This document shows positions 61,718 to 64,000 of a stretch of 64,000 nucleotides of DNA, piece after piece. The notes beneath the pieces are model-generated. The model was not told the origin of the DNA and did not search any database. It saw only the letters and a list, made by a program, of their open reading frames with translations. A program made the position numbers and the translations under genes. Source of the DNA: Candidatus Sulfomarinibacteraceae bacterium (GTDB lineage Bacteria > Acidobacteriota > Thermoanaerobaculia > Thermoanaerobaculales > Sulfomarinibacteraceae); assembly GCA_963796455.1 (NCBI GenBank), contig CAWCLO010000004.1, positions 800,001-864,000 of the forward strand, in the 5' to 3' direction. The stretch's first letter is position 1. The number at the start of each line of letters is the position of its first letter.

Positions 61718-61792
61718 ACCTATCGGTCCGAGTTCAGCGGCCCGAGGCCGCGCAGTGCGCTGACTTGGGTCCGCTGGAACGAGGTGTCAGGA
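61718..61792 (-). repeat. attC (both R boxes mutated, 75 bp)
   Basis: acctatcggtccgagttcagcgg...gtccgctggaacgaggtgtcagga. Confidence 0.82.
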
Positions 61793-62314
61793 ATCAGCCC
61801 GTTGCAGGTGTGTAGCCATTGGTTTCCAAACTTCTTCGGCGTTCAATCTCATTGCATCAGATATCCAGGATTCGTCGTCATCATCGGGCGTCACAACGTT
61901 GATCAGAAGGCGACTTGGATCACCGAATGAGTTGAAGACGCCCTCATCCCGGAGTCCACCAAGCACACCAAAGACGACGTCTTTCAATTCGCCCTCAAGA
62001 AAGGCCATCTCATCATCCTCAGACACCGACTCTAGGAGGCTGGCCAAAGCATCGTTGGAGGATTCCATCCCGTCCAGGGAGTCAAGCCGGCAGGACCATT
62101 CTCCTGGAACCCACCGCCACTGCTCATCCGACAAGGCTTCCTCTGAATTGCCGACTGGTGCGAAATACTCGCAGAGCGGTGTTGTGTAGAGTCCGACAAC
62201 ATAAAAACTGTGGCCCTCGTACGACGCTCGGAGGCGCGGCAACTCCCGCCGCAGATCTGTTTCGAGGAGATTTGCGAAGCGTCCGAGCTCGTTAAGGATT
62301 GTCGTGTTGATCAT
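61787..62314 (-). CDS. DUF4303-like protein
   Basis: FYVVGLYT, NSEEAL, RWVPGEW, LRDEGVF, MRLN; stop in attC. Confidence 0.72.
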   Translation of the reverse strand: MINTTILNELGRFANLLETDLRRELPRLRASYEGHSFYVVGLYTTPLCEYFAPVGNSEEALSDEQWRWVPGEWSCRLDSLDGMESSNDALASLLESVSEDDEMAFLEGELKDVVFGVLGGLRDEGVFNSFGDPSRLLINVVTPDDDDESWISDAMRLNAEEVWKPMATHLQRADS

Positions 62315-62324
62315 CTTCTCGATT

Positions 62325-62393
62325 GCCTAACGGTCCGAGTTCAGCGGACACCACCCGCCGCGGGTGGGGGTCCGCTGGAACGAGGTGTTAGGC
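62325..62393 (-). repeat. attC
   Basis: 69-bp family member. Confidence 0.92.
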
Positions 62394-62702
62394 CACACGC
62401 AATGGTTTGATTTGGAGAACATCGTCCTTGATCGCATTTTCGGCTTCCCATAGGTCAACAGCCCTCTGGAGATTCAACCAAAACTCGGCCGAATTCCCGA
62501 AGAGACGAGAGAGGCGCAACGCCATTCTTGGGCTGACGGCGCGGCGCTCACGAAGAAGCTCATTCACCGACTGGCGCGAAACCCCAAGTGAGGTTGCCAG
62601 ACCAGAAACCGTAAGACCATAGTCCGGAAGAAAATCTTCTCGAAGAAACTCGCCCGGATGGGTGGGTGGCCGCTTGAGTTTTTTATCGTTCGGGATACTC
62701 AT
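62388..62702 (-). CDS. higA: HigA family antitoxin
   Basis: PTHPGEFLREDFL, GVSRQSVNEL, MALRLSRLFGNSAEFWLNLQ. Confidence 0.93.
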   Translation of the reverse strand: MSIPNDKKLKRPPTHPGEFLREDFLPDYGLTVSGLATSLGVSRQSVNELLRERRAVSPRMALRLSRLFGNSAEFWLNLQRAVDLWEAENAIKDDVLQIKPLRVA

Positions 62703-62714
62703 CTTGAACCTCTT

Positions 62715-62996
62715 TCAATGGTAGTCGCAGATCTCGACATCGTACGCGTCGCCGTCAACGAACCAAAAACAGATTCGCCACTGTTCGTTGATCGATATCG
62801 AGTGCTGCCCTTTGCGATCATCTTTCAGGTCGTGCAACCGATTGCTTGGCGGCACTTTCAAATCGCTGAGAACAGATGCAGCGTTGATCTGCTCCAGCTT
62901 CCGCCGAGCCCTGGTCAAGATCTCCGGAGGCAACCTCCGCGCTTTGCCTGTCAGATACAGTTCGTAGGTGCGTTTGTCCGCGAAGGTTTTGATCAC
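62715..62996 (-). CDS. higB: HigB (RelE-family) toxin
   Basis: MIKTFADK, DLKVPPSNRLH.L..DRKGQHSI.IN.QWRICF, VEICDYH. Confidence 0.93.
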   Translation of the reverse strand: MIKTFADKRTYELYLTGKARRLPPEILTRARRKLEQINAASVLSDLKVPPSNRLHDLKDDRKGQHSISINEQWRICFWFVDGDAYDVEICDYH

Positions 62997-63002
62997 TCAT
63001 TA

Positions 63003-63031
63003 AATGTAATGCGTCACGTGACACTTGTCAA
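63003..63031 (-). promoter_or_regulatory. higBA promoter with palindromic operator
   Basis: TTGACA-17 bp-TACATT; GTCACGTGAC palindrome (63013-63022) in the spacer. Confidence 0.75.
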
Positions 63032-63054
63032 GTTCGGGAGACGGTAGTCACCTT

Positions 63055-63123
63055 GCCTAACGGTCCGAGTTCAGCGGACCGAACCCGCCGCGGGTGAGGG
63101 TCCGCTGGAATGAGGTGTTAGGC
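63055..63123 (-). repeat. attC
   Basis: 69-bp family member. Confidence 0.92.
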
Positions 63124-63167
63124 CTCCCAGTGCCTCTCGTGCATCGCTTCTTTCCTTGGCCCACGCT

Positions 63168-63581
63168 CTACCTCAGGCTTCGAAGGGTCAGCAGTTGCGA
63201 TTTGACTTCGCCCAAGTTCTGGTGCTCCGAGAACGGGACAAGGTCCAACGCTTCATCTGAATCGAGAAGCTCGTTGAGCCTTCTGCACAGCTCCTCGCGC
63301 TTCTCACGGTTCTTTCTGTACGCAAGCCTGGTAGCCATCTCAACATATGCATGGGACTTGCCATCGATTGTCCGAAGGAATTCGGGCGCTTGGGAGTAGG
63401 CGTAGCTGTTTAGCAGTCTGAAGAACAGATCCCGAGCGTGCTGCCAAACCGCGTGTTCCTGTTTCCTACACGGGAAACATCGTCGATTGTCGACCAATAA
63501 AGCATCTCCTACAGCCACCAAATACACGACAATACCCAGCAGTTCGGCGGTTGAGTAGCTGTCATGTCTTCGAATATTCAA
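63168..63581 (-). CDS. Cassette hypothetical protein
   Basis: Fills cassette. Confidence 0.55.
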   Translation of the reverse strand: MNIRRHDSYSTAELLGIVVYLVAVGDALLVDNRRCFPCRKQEHAVWQHARDLFFRLLNSYAYSQAPEFLRTIDGKSHAYVEMATRLAYRKNREKREELCRRLNELLDSDEALDLVPFSEHQNLGEVKSQLLTLRSLR

Positions 63582-63612
63582 AACAACCTGCCAAAACGTC
63601 CACCTCAGGCGA

Positions 63613-63681
63613 GCCTAACGGTCCGAGTTCAGCGGACCACACCCGCCGCGGGTGGGGGTCTGCTGGAACGAGGTGTTAGGT
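63613..63681 (-). repeat. attC
   Basis: 69-bp family member. Confidence 0.92.
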
Positions 63682-63687
63682 GTTCTC

Positions 63688-63999
63688 CTATTCAATGGGC
63701 TCCATCACAATCCACGGATCTCTTTCAACTACGCGGAACCGCGCGTTTCCAGCGTTGGATACATGGCCAGAGAGCGCCGATAAGTCAACTACACTGCGCG
63801 GCAGCTGATAGCCCCGCACGAGACTCCCTCGAGCAGTGAAAACGATCACTCCCTCCGATTCGGAAACGTGTGCGGTAACGTCCGGCGCTACGTATTCCTG
63901 TTCGAGAGTTCGCGATGCCTGGAAACCGGTTTCAGTTTCGATCTGATCGAGTGGGGTGTAGGGTCCGTAGAAAGAGACCTTGTCCCACCGAAACGAAGT
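63688..63999 (-). CDS. Cassette hypothetical protein, 3' part (starts beyond window)
   Basis: Open frame TSFRWDKVSFYGPYTPLDQIE...WIVMEPIE*, ending just before attC. Confidence 0.6.
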   Translation of the reverse strand, partial: TSFRWDKVSFYGPYTPLDQIETETGFQASRTLEQEYVAPDVTAHVSESEGVIVFTARGSLVRGYQLPRSVVDLSALSGHVSNAGNARFRVVERDPWIVMEPIE

Positions 64000-64000
64000 C

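Larger units (their letters stand above)
46396..64000 (-). mobile_element. Integron gene-cassette array (about 30 attC sites; integrase not in window)
   Basis: Repeated RYYYAAC...GTTRRRY imperfect palindromes, each separating 1-2 minus-strand ORFs; several stop codons fall within the R'' box. Confidence 0.93.

Noticed and set aside
46396..63681. CRISPR array interpretation of the recurring repeat
   Set aside because: Repeats are ~69 bp with attC architecture, spacers are 230-1100 bp and contain whole genes, and no cas genes are present
49060..63839. ORFs containing LTVRVQRT / VRWNEVLG / PNTSFQRT peptides as a repeat protein family
   Set aside because: These are translations of the attC repeat itself
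46396..64000. Integron integrase or attI within the window
   Set aside because: No tyrosine recombinase ORF found; cassette orientation predicts it lies beyond the right edge

Overview
GC-rich bacterial chromosomal window with three parts. (1) 1-25.7 kb is core genome: a partial GT-C-like membrane protein, a minus-strand hemA-C-D-B-L-E-N operon, a divergent sdhCAB operon with a candidate Rex operator between the two, an SPFH/zinc-ribbon/flotillin cluster, a TPR protein and recD2. (2) 25.7-46.4 kb holds about 40 short, co-oriented minus-strand genes from typical integron-cassette families (VOC, GFA, GNAT, DUF4440, TfoX, RibD-C, DJ-1) with only eroded attC traces, interpreted as a fossil cassette array. 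(3) 46.4-64 kb is a clear integron gene-cassette array with about 30 attC sites, mostly one 69-bp family. It includes HicBA and HigBA toxin-antitoxin cassettes and several broken cassettes, and runs off the right edge; no integrase is in the window. The most unusual structure is an approximately 0.83-kb transposase-less element present twice (17919-18770 and 36501-37316). It carries a four-helix-bundle (23S rRNA IVP/Avd-like) gene behind a long hairpin that covers the Shine-Dalgarno sequence, with inverted low-complexity flanks and short terminal inverted repeats. Product names come from motif recognition by eye, not database searches.
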